Virus record (IMG/VR): IMGVR_UViG_2898902220_000006
Span: 20,854-84,853 of that record
Length of the DNA stretch: 64,000 nucleotides
Reading direction: 5' to 3' (one strand)
Source of the DNA: a virus
Lineage: Duplodnaviria; Caudoviricetes
Shown: piece after piece, positions 49,709 to 61,323 of the stretch
Position numbering within the stretch: position 1 is the first letter of the stretch
Layout of the letters: every line of letters starts with the position of its first letter
The notes under the pieces: model-generated
What the model was told of the DNA's origin: nothing
Database searches by the model: none
The model's input: the letters and a program-made list of their open reading frames with translations, nothing else
Position numbers and translations under genes: made by a program

Positions 49709-49766
49709 ACACTTATACTCCCACTTGTAAATTTGGTACCATGTGGTAAAGAGATAATTTACGGAG

Positions 49767-50321
49767 GTGCCAAATTTGCAAGGTGCTGATTTTGTTTGGT
49801 TCTTACTAATAATGATCATAATTTTTTTTGGAGTTAGTTTAAGAAGGAAGAAGAAAGCGCAAGAAAAAGCTATGGGTGCATATGAAAGTGCTGGGTGTTT
49901 ACATGAATATGGAATTCCTCAGTTAAAGCCTAAAGAAGCTACTGATATTTATTTAACACCTGAAAAACTTGTTGTGAAGTCTAAGAGTTTAACATTTGAG
50001 TTACCTATCGAAAGAGTTATGGCTGCTCAATATTTAACAAAGACTGATTTTCTAAAGCAAGATAAGTCTGTTATAGCACGTGGGGTTGTTGGTGGTGTAT
50101 TGATAGGACCACTTGGCGCAATTGTAGGTGGTATGTCTGGAGTAGGAAGTAAACACAAAAAGGGGAATTACTTAGTTATTAACTACAAAACACCAGACAG
50201 TAGTGAGCCGAAAGTACTTATTTTTAATGTGTTTTTATCTAAAGTTGCTACCGATCTTTCTGAAAAATTAACAATGCAAATTACATTACAAAATATCAAT
50301 AGCGGTGTAATCGAACTGTAA
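49767..50321 (+). CDS. Membrane-anchored moron protein inserted before the tape measure gene
   Basis: N-terminal TM plus basic stretch; GVVGG.L.GP.GAIVGGMSG glycine-zipper motif; own terminator GCGTCCT/AGGGCGC plus T tract near 50321-50345. Confidence 0.75.
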   Translation: MPNLQGADFVWFLLIMIIIFFGVSLRRKKKAQEKAMGAYESAGCLHEYGIPQLKPKEATDIYLTPEKLVVKSKSLTFELPIERVMAAQYLTKTDFLKQDKSVIARGVVGGVLIGPLGAIVGGMSGVGSKHKKGNYLVINYKTPDSSEPKVLIFNVFLSKVATDLSEKLTMQITLQNINSGVIEL

Positions 50322-50367
50322 GCGTCCTAATTAGGGCGCTTTTTCTTATGTTAGAGAGGGTGAGACC

Positions 50368-52401
50368 TTGGCTACAGTATCATCAAGCTTACAACTATTC
50401 GATTCGTTTTCTGGCCCATTGAAGCAGATTACTCAGGCATTAAACATTACTATTTCTACAATGGAAAAGATGCAGTCAACTGCTGAGAGAAACGGGAATC
50501 TTGGAAATAGTCTTCAAACCGCAAGAAGACAAATAGCAAGCGCAGAAGCTGATATACAAAATGCTTTGGAAGGGGCAAGACGGCAACAAGAGGATTTTAA
50601 TAAGTTATTAGACAATGGCACACAATCTGCTAACTCCTTGCTTGATTCAATCAAAGGTTTTGTTCTTGCTTATGCTGGTATTGAAACAATCAAGCATTTA
50701 GGGAATGTCGCTATGGGTGGGGCCATGGAACAATTAAAGCTGAGGGATATGCTCATCGCGCGTACCAAGAATGTTGAATTAGGAACCTCTATGTTTGAGC
50801 AATTCAAGAAGGAAGCTGTAAGGGTTGGAGCTGACGTTTCGGAGTACCTAAACGGAACCTTAGGAAATTTATCTGTTACAAGTGACATCGGACAATTGAA
50901 ACAACTGAATATGCTAGCTAAACAATTAAGCGCTTTTGATACTTCTGGACAAGGTATTCAAGGAGCTTTTTTCTCATTAAAAGAAGCTCTAAGTGGTGAT
51001 ATTGTCAGTCTTTCTGAACGATTTAATATGTCAAAAGATTTAATACGCAAATTTAAAATTGATAAACTAGGCAAATCTGGTAATCTCAACGAATTTATTA
51101 GTCAGTTTAACAACCTGTTAGAATTTCAACATATGGGGAAAGAATCTTTTGAGAGGATGCTCGATTCTCCCGTAAAGAAGTGGGAAATTCTCTTAAATAG
51201 AACTAAGTCCATGTTTGCAGACGCAGGAGAGGGAGCTGTTCAAGCTATTGTTCCTTTGATTAACACTTTAAACTCAGCGTTTGAACAGGAAAAGTTTCAA
51301 GGGTTCTTTACAGCATTCAACAAAGGTTTGGCTGGATTTGCTTGGATGCTCTCTTATGTTGCAAATGGAGCAATGGGTGTCTGGGATGTTTTTGCACAGT
51401 ACTGGACTCAAATTATATATTTCGTAGGAATTTTAAGTATGTCAGCTATACCATTTCTTACAAAACAACTATGGGCTATGTTAGTGCCCATAAAATCAGC
51501 TATAGCAGGCTGGTTAGTCGCTTACTGGCCTATCCTTGTTGTGGGACTTGCAGTTGTTTGGTTAATTAACAAACTCCAAGAATTTGGAGTAACAACAGAG
51601 GAAATCATAGGTTTCACAATAGGGTTGTTTTACTCACTGTTTGCTTTTATTCATAATCACGTTTCGTTCATGTGGAATTTAATTTTAAGCTTTGCTGAAT
51701 ACCTCGCAAACGTGTTTATTGATCCTGTATATGCGGGACAAAAGCTCTTCTATGACCTAGCAATGACATTCAGTTCTCACACGTACAATATGGCACGTTC
51801 AGCAGAAGATTTCGCAGGTAATTTCATGAAAGTTATTTTAAAAGCTATTAACAAGACGTTAGAAGGCTTTAACTGGCTTGTTGATAAGATGAATGAAATG
51901 TTTGGAACAGACTTTACGGGAGCCAAGTTGTTTGATGAAGGTAACATTCATGCTGTGAGCGACAATATCAAAAACATGATGGACATGATCCAAAAACCGA
52001 CTACTAATAGTGATGTTTTCGATCTTTCTAAGTACCGTATGGTCGAAAAGAATCTACACCAATCTTTTGGAGAGGGGTACTACAAAGGCTTCAACATGAC
52101 GGCTAATGCTGCCAATCCTTTCAATCCAAACATTAACGGCAAGGTAAATAATATTGGTAGAGTTGACGAGGTAGGAAAAATCAAAGACAAAGTAGATATC
52201 TCGAATGAGGATCTAAAAATGATGAGAGAACTGGCTGAGATGAAAAATATCCAAAACTTTGTCACTCTGACTCCTACCGTACAGGTTACTACAGGAGATA
52301 TTAACCAAGGATCTGATATTGATACGGTCGTAGCTGAAATCACAAGGAAGCTACAAGCAGACGTGGTAAATTCAGCGAAAGGGGCTTATAACCATGCCTA
52401 A
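50368..52401 (+). CDS. Tape measure protein
   Basis: Long helical protein after the chaperone, hydrophobic central repeats, C-terminal ED.K..R..AE...N..TL.P motif. Confidence 0.88.
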   Translation: MATVSSSLQLFDSFSGPLKQITQALNITISTMEKMQSTAERNGNLGNSLQTARRQIASAEADIQNALEGARRQQEDFNKLLDNGTQSANSLLDSIKGFVLAYAGIETIKHLGNVAMGGAMEQLKLRDMLIARTKNVELGTSMFEQFKKEAVRVGADVSEYLNGTLGNLSVTSDIGQLKQLNMLAKQLSAFDTSGQGIQGAFFSLKEALSGDIVSLSERFNMSKDLIRKFKIDKLGKSGNLNEFISQFNNLLEFQHMGKESFERMLDSPVKKWEILLNRTKSMFADAGEGAVQAIVPLINTLNSAFEQEKFQGFFTAFNKGLAGFAWMLSYVANGAMGVWDVFAQYWTQIIYFVGILSMSAIPFLTKQLWAMLVPIKSAIAGWLVAYWPILVVGLAVVWLINKLQEFGVTTEEIIGFTIGLFYSLFAFIHNHVSFMWNLILSFAEYLANVFIDPVYAGQKLFYDLAMTFSSHTYNMARSAEDFAGNFMKVILKAINKTLEGFNWLVDKMNEMFGTDFTGAKLFDEGNIHAVSDNIKNMMDMIQKPTTNSDVFDLSKYRMVEKNLHQSFGEGYYKGFNMTANAANPFNPNINGKVNNIGRVDEVGKIKDKVDISNEDLKMMRELAEMKNIQNFVTLTPTVQVTTGDINQGSDIDTVVAEITRKLQADVVNSAKGAYNHA

Positions 52402-52413
52402 GGAGGAGAAAAG

Positions 52414-52695
52414 ATGAGTAGAAATGTGACGATAGGGGTTTTATCCTATAAGATTGAACAGGATTTTCAAGAAGGTAAGCTTATACTTGAACTCTATTTC
52501 GATAATCCTTCTGGTGACATTAAGGAGTATGCAAATTTTGTTGATGCGTTCCATGTTTTTTTGAAAGAAAAGGGATACGCTGCTCCTGTTGTTACATCAA
52601 CCAAAGGTGATATAGATGAAGTGGTTACTAAGATTAGTAAGTCATTAGGGGAACAGATCGCAAATTCTACTCAAGGGGTATACAACAATGCCTAA
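52414..52695 (+). CDS. Hypothetical protein whose C-terminus resembles the tape measure C-terminus
   Basis: GDIDEVVTKISKSLGEQIANSTQGVYNNA vs GSDIDTVVAEITRKLQADVVNSAKGAYNHA. Confidence 0.65.
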   Translation: MSRNVTIGVLSYKIEQDFQEGKLILELYFDNPSGDIKEYANFVDAFHVFLKEKGYAAPVVTSTKGDIDEVVTKISKSLGEQIANSTQGVYNNA

Positions 52696-55600
52696 AGAGT
52701 TAATGAGCCTAAGCTACAACAATCGGGCAGAAGTAATTGCTTTCCCCATACTTCCTGAGAGCATTGACATTAGCGACGGTAATAACAGCAAAACCTATAC
52801 AACGGTGGGATTAGGTGAAATCAATGTGATTAAGGACCCTAAACTCACCGTTTATAAATTTAGCAGCGAGTTTCCCAATCAAGCATACCCGTGGGTTGTC
52901 TATCCAGATAATTTATTATCACCAGCACAATATGTGAAGTACCTTGAAACGTGGCGTCAAACGAAAAAACCAGTCCGTTTTATTTACACAGGTGATAGCT
53001 TTGGTATTAATGAGGCAGTTTCAATTGAAGATTTCGTTTGGAAAGAGGTTGCAGGTACAGGTGGGGACATAGAATTTAGCATCACATTAAAAAAGTATAT
53101 TTTCTATGGAGCCAAGCAAGCCAAGGTAGTAAGTGATCCAGCAGATCCCAAAAAGAAAGTTGTACAGAAGAAATCTGCTCCTCGACCATCTGATAGGCAA
53201 CCGCCTAAGACACACAAAATAGTTGCTGGTGATGATTTATGGTCCATTGCAAAGAAGACATATGGTAACGGGGCTAAGTATAAGGACATCCAGAAACTAA
53301 ATGGGCTGACAGATGCCCAGGTAAAGAAATTGAAGGTAGGTACGGTACTTAAAATGCCAAAATAGGAGGGGAATACCGATTGGAGCTATTAATTGATAAC
53401 AAAAAGGGTACGGTCTGGGATATTACAGACATTACTACTGATATCACATGGAAGACAAGTCGGATCGGGAAACCTTCTAGCTTGTCTTTTTCTTTTGTCG
53501 ATCGAGGGATATATCAGGAAAAAACATCATTTACTGTGCAAAATGGTGATATCGTGCGGTTCATAAAAGATGGGACCAACGTCTTCTATGGATATGTTTT
53601 CTCTGTCATTGGTGGAATGGATGAGGATGTAAAGGTAACTGCTTATGATCAATTAAGGTATTTACTAACGAATGATACGTATGTGTTTGCCAAGAAAACA
53701 GCAACAGAAATCATTAAGCAGATTACAGAAGATGTGGGCCTAAAAGTGGGTGAGCTTGAAAATAGTAGTTACAAGATACCTACCATGATTGAAGATAATC
53801 AAAAGCTACTAGATATCATCTGCAAAGCCCTAGATTTATCCATTGTTGCTAACGGAAGAAACCTTGTTCTTTATGATGATTTCGGTAAACTGGTCCTGAA
53901 AGACTCGACTAAGATGCTACTAGACTTTTATCTAGGTGACGAAAGTTTGATGACCGATTATGCGATAGATCGAAATATTGATACGGACACGTACAACCGA
54001 GTCAAGATTGTGCAAGACAATAAGAAAACGAAAAAGCGAGATGTATACATTGCTCAAGACTCAGCAAACATCGCGAAGTGGGGTCGGTTGCAGTTATTCG
54101 AAAAAGTGGATGAAGGTATGACTAAAGCGCAGGTCAAACAGCTTCTCGATACGTTGATTGCAGTGAAGAACAGAGAGACACAAAGGCTATCGCTTACTGC
54201 TATCGGCGATATTCGAGTAAGAGCAGGCTGTTTTGTTCCCGTTTCCATTGAGAGACTAGAAATTAATCAGCCTTTTCTTGTGGACGAATGTACCCATAAA
54301 TTTGACGGCTCAGAACATACGATGACAGTAGAATTAAAGGTGGTGTAAAAGCGTGTTAGAGCTAATTAAACAGGCGAGTCTAGGAGCGATTGAGGCGAGT
54401 GGTCCGGTCGCTATTTTTTATGGGAGTGTGACAAGTGCGGAACCTCTAAAGGTCAACGTAGACCAGCGATTTACGCTGACTGAGGAATTTCTAGTCATTC
54501 CAGAACGACTCATTCCCTACGAGGTTGATCTAAGCCACACCCATACCTACAGTGATGGAACACCAACTGGCACAGTTAATAAAAGCACGGCTGTAGCTCT
54601 GCGGGAGAAACTAATTATCCGGCGCGCTTTTAAAGTTGGCGATACAGTCCTGCTTATGCGTGTACAGGGTGGGAACAGCTACGTTGTGCTAGATCGGGTG
54701 GTGGCCACATGATTCTACCCCAAGGCTCTTCGATTGATTCAACCACCCTAGAAGAGGTGGAACAACCGAGCCGCACATATAAGCTAGACCTTGTAAATAA
54801 ACGAATAGTAGGCTTTGTGGACGGTCTGGATGCTGTTAAACAGGCTGTATTTAAAATACTTTCTACTTTACGATTTGAATACCTCATTTACTCTCATGAC
54901 TATGGGTTTGAATCCCCCAGTATGGCAGATGAGGCTATTTTTCGTTCTGAGATACAACGGTGCATCAAAGAGGCCCTTATGCAAGATGACCGTATCCTTG
55001 ATGTAACAGACTTTAAAATCACGGTTGAAGGAGATACATCTTTAACTGAGTTTGTTGTCGTGTCTAAGTATGGGGATTTTAAAGAGACAAAGCAGGTGGC
55101 ACGATGAAATGGACATTTGAGTCTTTATTCCAATTCATGCTCGATCAGGTACGTGATGATGTAGACAAAAGACCTGATAGCAGCGTAATCTATGACGCCC
55201 TTTCTTCTGTGGCCATAGCTATTATCAAGATACAAACCGAACAAGAGATCAATGAAAATCTTTACTATGCTGACACAGCAACAGGTGAATATCTAGACCG
55301 ACGAACGGAAGAGGATGGAATTGAAAGGCGTCTGGCAACGAAGGCAAAGCGAAAGGGCGTATTCTACGACCAAGAAGGCAGATTGTTTGATATCCCACTC
55401 AGGAGTAGATACTCGCACGAGGATTTGAATTTTATTGTGTTAGAACGATTAGCAGCAGGTGAATTTATCTTGGAGTGTGAGACATCTGGTTCAGCAGGTA
55501 ACATGGTATTTGGTACCCTTATTCCCATCGAATATATTGAAGGACTAGCAAAAGGAGAAATCTCAGATGTTTTAATACCTGGGGCCGATGAGGAAGACGA

Positions 55601-56844
55601 TGAATCGTTACGAAAAAGGTATTTTGATGCGCAAGAGCGTCAAGCATTCGGTGGGAACATTGCTGATTATCAGGAAAAGGTAGGCAGTATACCAGGTGTC
55701 GGCGGTGTAAAAGTATTTCCTGCTTGGAAAGGTGGAGGTACAGTCAAATGTACCATTATGGGTAGTGACTACAATCCACCCTCACAAAAGTTGATTGATG
55801 ATGTTCAAACCTTCGTTGACCCCGTAACGAATAGTGGTCTTGGATTGGGGTTAGCTCCGATTGGTCATCGCGTTACGATCATGGGGAACAAAAAGAAAAC
55901 GATCGATCTACGTACCAAGCTAATTTTGGAGGCTGACATGCATCCAGATCAAGTAAAGTCCGAAGTTGAAAAGGTCTATTCTGATTATCTACAAGAACTA
56001 CGAAAAGCATGGAAAAACGCAACGAAAACCGTTGTTCGAATCAGTCAGATCGAATCGCGGTTTCTTTCTATTACAGGGGTATTAGATGTAATGGATTCTA
56101 CATTAAACGGAACTTCTGGAAATCTTGAATTAGATACGGAAGAAGCGCCGTATATGGGGGCGGTGACGATTGTCTGATGAATTGATGCAGTATCTTCCCC
56201 CGTACTATCATGACATTCTGGAAATGAAAGAATATACACGGGCAGCCTCTCTTGCTGTTGATATGGTAGCAAAATCAGTAGAACAGGAGTTAGCAGACCA
56301 ATTCATTGATACTGCAAGCGAGAAGGGCATAGCTCGCCGCGAGAAGATGCTACGAATTAAACCAAGAAGTGATGAGACACTGGAGTTCCGTAGGATGAGG
56401 CTAAAGAATCGAAAATCTATCAAACCACCATTTACAGAGCGCTGGCTACAACATCAATTAGACCGGTTACTCGGCAAAGGAAGGGTAACGGTTGAGATTG
56501 ATGTCCTTCATTTCATTCTTAGTGTTAACGCTGAAATCGAAAATGCACCAGCTTTCCGAGAAGTGGAACATACAGTCAGGACAACGATTCCAGCTAACTT
56601 GGTGTATCAACAGCGAACACAAATTAGAGAAAGTATCACTCTTTCAGAAAAGATCATTAAACAAACAATTGTTCGTCAAACAAGACTTTCTACTACATGG
56701 AAACTTGGACGGACACCGTTTGCAGAGGCCCTAGATGAAAAAGAAGTGATTCAACTTCCTTTAAACCGACTTACCAAACTATCAACGAAATGGCAGGTAG
56801 GTTCCACTCCATTTGCGGAGGCGATAAGAGATGATAACCAGTGA
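52688..56844 (+). CDS. Baseplate module: LysM protein (52688-53365, XkdP-like), hub (53380-54348, XkdQ-like), DUF2577-like (54353-54712), DUF2634-like (54709-55107), baseplate J (55104-56177), DUF2313/YmfQ-like (56170-56844)
   Basis: LysM K.V.GD.LW.IAK..YG.G..Y..I...N; baseplate J G.D.E.D..LR.RY and FGGN..DY; PBSX-like order. Confidence 0.88.
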
Positions 56845-58984
56845 TTTAATACTAGATACAGCGAATTTTGTAAAGGGCAAGCTGAAAAAAATAACGCTTA
56901 ATGGTTCATTTGAAGTTACAGGCTTTACTGTAACGCAAGATAAAAACCTTTTGTTCGTAGAATTTTCAGTAAGTCCTTCTGATGTTCAATTGATCAATCT
57001 AATTGAGATTCGAGATTCCGAATCAACTGTAGTTAGTTCCAGCGTAGTCTATGTTCCTATTAATTCAGAAACGATTATTAAACACATCATTACTGTTAAG
57101 GAGGGGTGATACATGGCGTTTAGTGCAAAAACAGACTGGAAATACGATGAGATCGTCACAGAAAAGGATATGAACCGAGTAGAGAAGGGGATTAAGGATG
57201 CACACGATGCTGTAGCAAGCACAGATGGGAAGATAGGAAACCTTGACGGGCTTAATACTACAGCAAAATCTAATGTTGTCGTAGCAGTAAATGAGCTTTT
57301 TACAAATGTCAGTAACGGTAAAAATAAAATCGCTACCGCCCTTACTGACAAAGGAGTTCCAGCGTCAGGTAGTGAGACGTTCGACCAACTGGCAGCTAAA
57401 ATATTCAAGGATGGGATAGGGGACACAGATAAGAAAGCTCTTATTGATATTGCAAATAGAGCGACCGATAACGATAGCACAGTCCGAAAGGCGATTATTA
57501 CTAAACTAAAAGCTGTATCTACCGAAAATCCTTTAGGATTAACAGACCAATCAACGTGGGCTGATATTAGTGCTGTGATACCTAATATAAAGGCAGGGAA
57601 GAGATTTGCGAGTGGTACAGCTATATCTGCGAATACAGGTGCTTCTGAACCTAGTGGACCAGCCTATTTAATTAAGGTTACTGGCATTAACTTTAAACCA
57701 AATGTAGTAATAGTAGAGTATGAATCAGGGGAGAATCTTTATGGAATGATGCGTAAAGTTTATCATAGTAGTCCTATTATAGATAAGATTCTCTACGTTA
57801 AATATCAATGCTTTGATACAGGAGGATGGACAGTTACTGAAGATGGATTTTCGACCGGAATGAGTTACAAAAACATTACTGTCAAATGGTATGCCTATGA
57901 ATAGAAAGGAGGAAGCACATGGCGAAATTACCTGATACAGCAAGTATTGGCGATATTATCAAGGCTTTAACAGAGGTCGAGGCGATCAATCAAAAGGCCG
58001 ATCTTGTTTCTGTTGTTGGCAGTCCTGCAACAAGTGGGGATAGTGTGGCTTCTATTATCCAAAAGTTTCAGAACGCAAAAAACATCCTTGCAACCAATAT
58101 CTCAGGCAAAGGGGGATCGGCTACTGGAACCGACAGCCTTCATTCTCTTGCTAACAAAGTAGCTTCTCTTTCAGTAAATCGCTGGGCAACAGGGACTGTC
58201 GCTATCCCTGGATCAAGTAGCTTTTTGAACACCATTACAATCAACGGATTGTTATTTGTACCAACCATGCTAATCGCGCTCACATCAACAGAACCAACAA
58301 GTATTAATCCAAATTTTCACGGGTATATGAATATCTACGCATATAGCGATACGAACATGACCGGAGCGAAAACATGGAAAAGGCTTGATAACATGTCAAA
58401 CTCAATGTTTGCTTACCAAACAATAGCTCCCACGACTGGACAATTTAAACTCACAAATGTTTCATCTGATGCCTACACAGATTACACGCGATGGATAGCA
58501 TTTGAATAAAAGGAGGAAGTGAATCATGCAAATTATCGGACGTAAAATTTACTTCGACAGAGTAACAGGAAATGTATTGGTAGACACTGGTGAGCGTGCT
58601 GGTGCAGTTCGTGAAACTACTCTTGAAGAGGATTTTCAGACCTATGTCGCATTGTCAGAGAGGGTTACAACAACTGTCGACTGCCTACAGCTTGAATACG
58701 GACAGTATAGCGATAACTTTTCGAAAGGCTACTCGTACCATATCAATGCTGAAACGGGCGAAATTGTATGGAACTTAACACCGCCACAGGTGGAGGAACG
58801 AGAGCGCGAAAAGACATTACAAGAGAAAGTGGAATCCCTTGAAAAAGAAAGACAAACGCTTCAACTCGCTGTTACTCAGCTTTACGAGACAAACCTTTCA
58901 TTAGAAGAAAAGAATCAAACGAATCAACTTGCTATCACTGAATTATATGAACAAATGAAAAAAATCCAAGGAGGACAACAATAA
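56831..58984 (+). CDS. Tail fibre region: 56831-57109, two paralogous fibre/receptor-binding proteins (57113-57904, 57919-58509), and 58526-58984
   Basis: KTDW....V.E.D.NR.E.GI N-terminus; shared K..IA..L..KG..A.G...F..LA.KI segment and similar C-terminal domains ending W.A.E. Confidence 0.75.
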
Positions 58985-59097
58985 TGAATCCATTTGCAAA
59001 AATCTATTGTGATCTTATCTGCGCTGGTCTAAAAGTTTTAAACGATGTACCGATGAAAGTACGTAGTGATGTAGAAAAAATTTTAGCTGAGAAATAA
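58984..59097 (+). CDS. Small XkdX/CD1375-like protein, 37 aa (not in ORF track)
   Basis: MNPFAKIYCDLICAGLKVLNDVPMKVRSDVEKILAEK*. Confidence 0.75.
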   Translation: MNPFAKIYCDLICAGLKVLNDVPMKVRSDVEKILAEK

Positions 59098-59188
59098 GCG
59101 TCTCCCTCATTTGAGAGAGGCGTTTTTTCATGGGGAGCTTCGGCTCCCTATTTTATTTGCCCCAAGGGGGTGATGAGGAGAGGGAAGC

Positions 59189-59455
59189 ATGGAGGAAGGG
59201 ATTTTTAATGCCATGTTGGCACAAGGACCATTTGCGGCTTTGTTTGTATGGCTATTGTTTTCTACTAAAAAAGAGGGGAAAGAACGGGAAACAAGGTTGG
59301 TAAAACAAGCCGAAGTACGTGAAACAAAGCTCATGGAGCATAATGAGCGAATGGTAGTTCAATTAGAGCGAAACACAGGAACATTACAGCAGATTGAACG
59401 CAGTTTGAATGGGCTAGAGAACGAATTGCAGGAACTAAAAGAAAAGGTGGGCTGA
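59189..59455 (+). CDS. BhlA/UviB-family holin-like protein
   Basis: QGPFAALFVWLLF.T.KE...RE..L motif. Confidence 0.88.
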   Translation: MEEGIFNAMLAQGPFAALFVWLLFSTKKEGKERETRLVKQAEVRETKLMEHNERMVVQLERNTGTLQQIERSLNGLENELQELKEKVG

Positions 59456-59458
59456 TAC

Positions 59459-59710
59459 ATGATAGAGATTGGTTTAGTGATTGCAGTAGTAATGGCATCG
59501 GGTGCTTGGCTGAAAACGCGGAGTTGGTTTCCAAATGATTACATTCCTCTTGCTATTGTTGTGATGGCAGTAGCTTATAATGCTATCAACGCTTTACTGT
59601 TCGGGGGAGATTTACTCGAAGCTGGCAAGATTGCTTTCATTGAGGCAACGGCTGCTATTGGGATTCATTCTGGAGTTAAAAATTCGTTTCAAAAGGGAGA
59701 TGTAGAGTAA
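59459..59710 (+). CDS. Holin
   Basis: TM segments; YIPL; A.G.HSG.KN; precedes the lysin. Confidence 0.8.
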   Translation: MIEIGLVIAVVMASGAWLKTRSWFPNDYIPLAIVVMAVAYNAINALLFGGDLLEAGKIAFIEATAAIGIHSGVKNSFQKGDVE

Positions 59711-60333
59711 TGAAACCACAAGACTTTATAGATAAAATTGCACCTAGTGCTGTAGCTGATATGAAGAAAACAAAGATACCTGCATCTCTTACAATCGCTC
59801 AAGCTATTCTTGAATCAGCTTGGGGTGAGAGTGAATTAACCAAGCAAGGGAATAACTTGTTCGGCATTAAAGGAACAGGTCCAGCAGGCGTCTGCTCAAT
59901 GCCTACAAAGGAGAATTATAACGGTCAATGGACAACCATCACAGCTAATTTCCGAGCCTACAACAATTGGGGAGAGTCTATTGCAGATCATTCCAAGCTA
60001 ATTCTAAACGGCACGAGAGACAAGCCTACACGTTATCATGGCGTGTTAGGTGCTGATTATAAGACTGCTTGCTACGCCATCCACAAGGGCGGTTATGCTA
60101 CTGATCCAGGTTATCCAGGTAAGCTTATTGGTTTGATCGAAAAGTACGGACTAACTAAATATGACAAGGAGGAATCAACAGTGAAACCAGAAATAGCAAA
60201 TGAAATTATCAGCCATTTACAAGGGCAATGGGCTTTCTATAATCAAATGGGTATGAAGGATGAGGCTGTGAGGATCGGGCAATTGGCAGATGAGTTGAGG
60301 GTTGCTAGCGGGCAAGTCGTACTGAATAAATAA
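59710..60333 (+). CDS. GH73 glucosaminidase-type endolysin
   Basis: S.TIAQAILESAWG, NNLFGIKG, FR.Y.NW.ES..DH, GYATDP.Y..KL. Confidence 0.93.
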   Translation: MKPQDFIDKIAPSAVADMKKTKIPASLTIAQAILESAWGESELTKQGNNLFGIKGTGPAGVCSMPTKENYNGQWTTITANFRAYNNWGESIADHSKLILNGTRDKPTRYHGVLGADYKTACYAIHKGGYATDPGYPGKLIGLIEKYGLTKYDKEESTVKPEIANEIISHLQGQWAFYNQMGMKDEAVRIGQLADELRVASGQVVLNK

Positions 60334-60415
60334 TTTCAAGAAAGTGCCTTCCATACGGTTGGCACTTTTTTTCTCTACTACCAACACAAACTATAACATC
60401 ATGGGTGCTGGTACG

Positions 60416-60510
60416 ATGATCTACAAAATGGATTGTATTAGTGGAGCAAGACATTATCTAAAAGATGAATCAGCTGATCTTGTTGTAACTATCCTCTTCA
60501 CAAGGAACGA
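60416..60510 (+). pseudogene. Remnant of an adenine/N4-cytosine DNA methyltransferase 5' end
   Basis: MIYKMDCISGARHYLKDESADLVVT resembles the IY..DC...M..L.DES.DL.VTDPPY start; restoring one base gives TDPLH; similarity then ends. Confidence 0.5.
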
Positions 60511-60618
60511 AAAAACGAGGTTCAATATAAGAAGTGAATATCAGAATGGATAAGTGAAATTGGAATTAAAAAAGCACCCCTTTTAGAGATGCTTTCAATT
60601 CCTCTCATTTAAAGAGAG

Positions 60619-61323
60619 CTATCGTAGTAATTGTATTTTTGGGGTAGAAATACTACTAGTTATTTTAATTATTTGATCAACTCTTAAACCAAAAAATGAG
60701 AATCCGAAAAGATTTTTATTTAAGATAAAATAAATATTAGTTAATCTATTTATAGCTTCAGAAAATTTTTTAACATTATCAAATAAATTTTCAAAATAAC
60801 TATTTATTACCAGATCATCTTCACTATAACTCGTTGAGTGACCATGAATTTGTTTTGAAGATTCACCGTATAAAAGGCAAAGGTCAATAATTGATTCTTT
60901 TGTGACACCACTAGTAGATTTCTTTATTTCTTCTTTTAAGTGACGAAAGCTTGTCCTTGACACGTCTTCATAATTTTTAAATGGAAATAAATGTGCATAA
61001 ACAAGTTTCAGAAGAGTTTCGCATGCAGTTCTAATGTTATAGGAAATAAAACCTGGATGATTAGTAGGCCAGGCAATTAATATAGATAAAATATTTTCTT
61101 TATAAAAAGCAAATAGTATCTTTTTTGACTTTGGACTTTGAAACATTGCATTGTCTGTATTGATTTCAGCTAAAATTAAGTTTTCTTGAATGGCGTTAAA
61201 CACTTCCAAAAAACTTGAATTAATTTTTTCACTCTTTACCCAAGGGGAGTGGGGCATCACTTGTTTCAAAAAAACATAATATTTTTCGAATGAAGTATTA
61301 TATTTTTGTAACATCGTCTTCAC
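60619..61323 (-). CDS. Unknown AT-rich protein, possibly HEPN-like fold
   Basis: Helical; IRTACE and LYGESSKQIHG segments resemble R..xE / Y...S..xH patterns; GTGA-coupled to the upstream gene. Confidence 0.7.
   Translation of the reverse strand: MKTMLQKYNTSFEKYYVFLKQVMPHSPWVKSEKINSSFLEVFNAIQENLILAEINTDNAMFQSPKSKKILFAFYKENILSILIAWPTNHPGFISYNIRTACETLLKLVYAHLFPFKNYEDVSRTSFRHLKEEIKKSTSGVTKESIIDLCLLYGESSKQIHGHSTSYSEDDLVINSYFENLFDNVKKFSEAINRLTNIYFILNKNLFGFSFFGLRVDQIIKITSSISTPKIQLLR

Noticed and set aside
57113-58509. Diversity-generating retroelement targeting the fibre tips
   Set aside because: No reverse transcriptase in the window and no near-identical TR/VR pair differing only at adenines.
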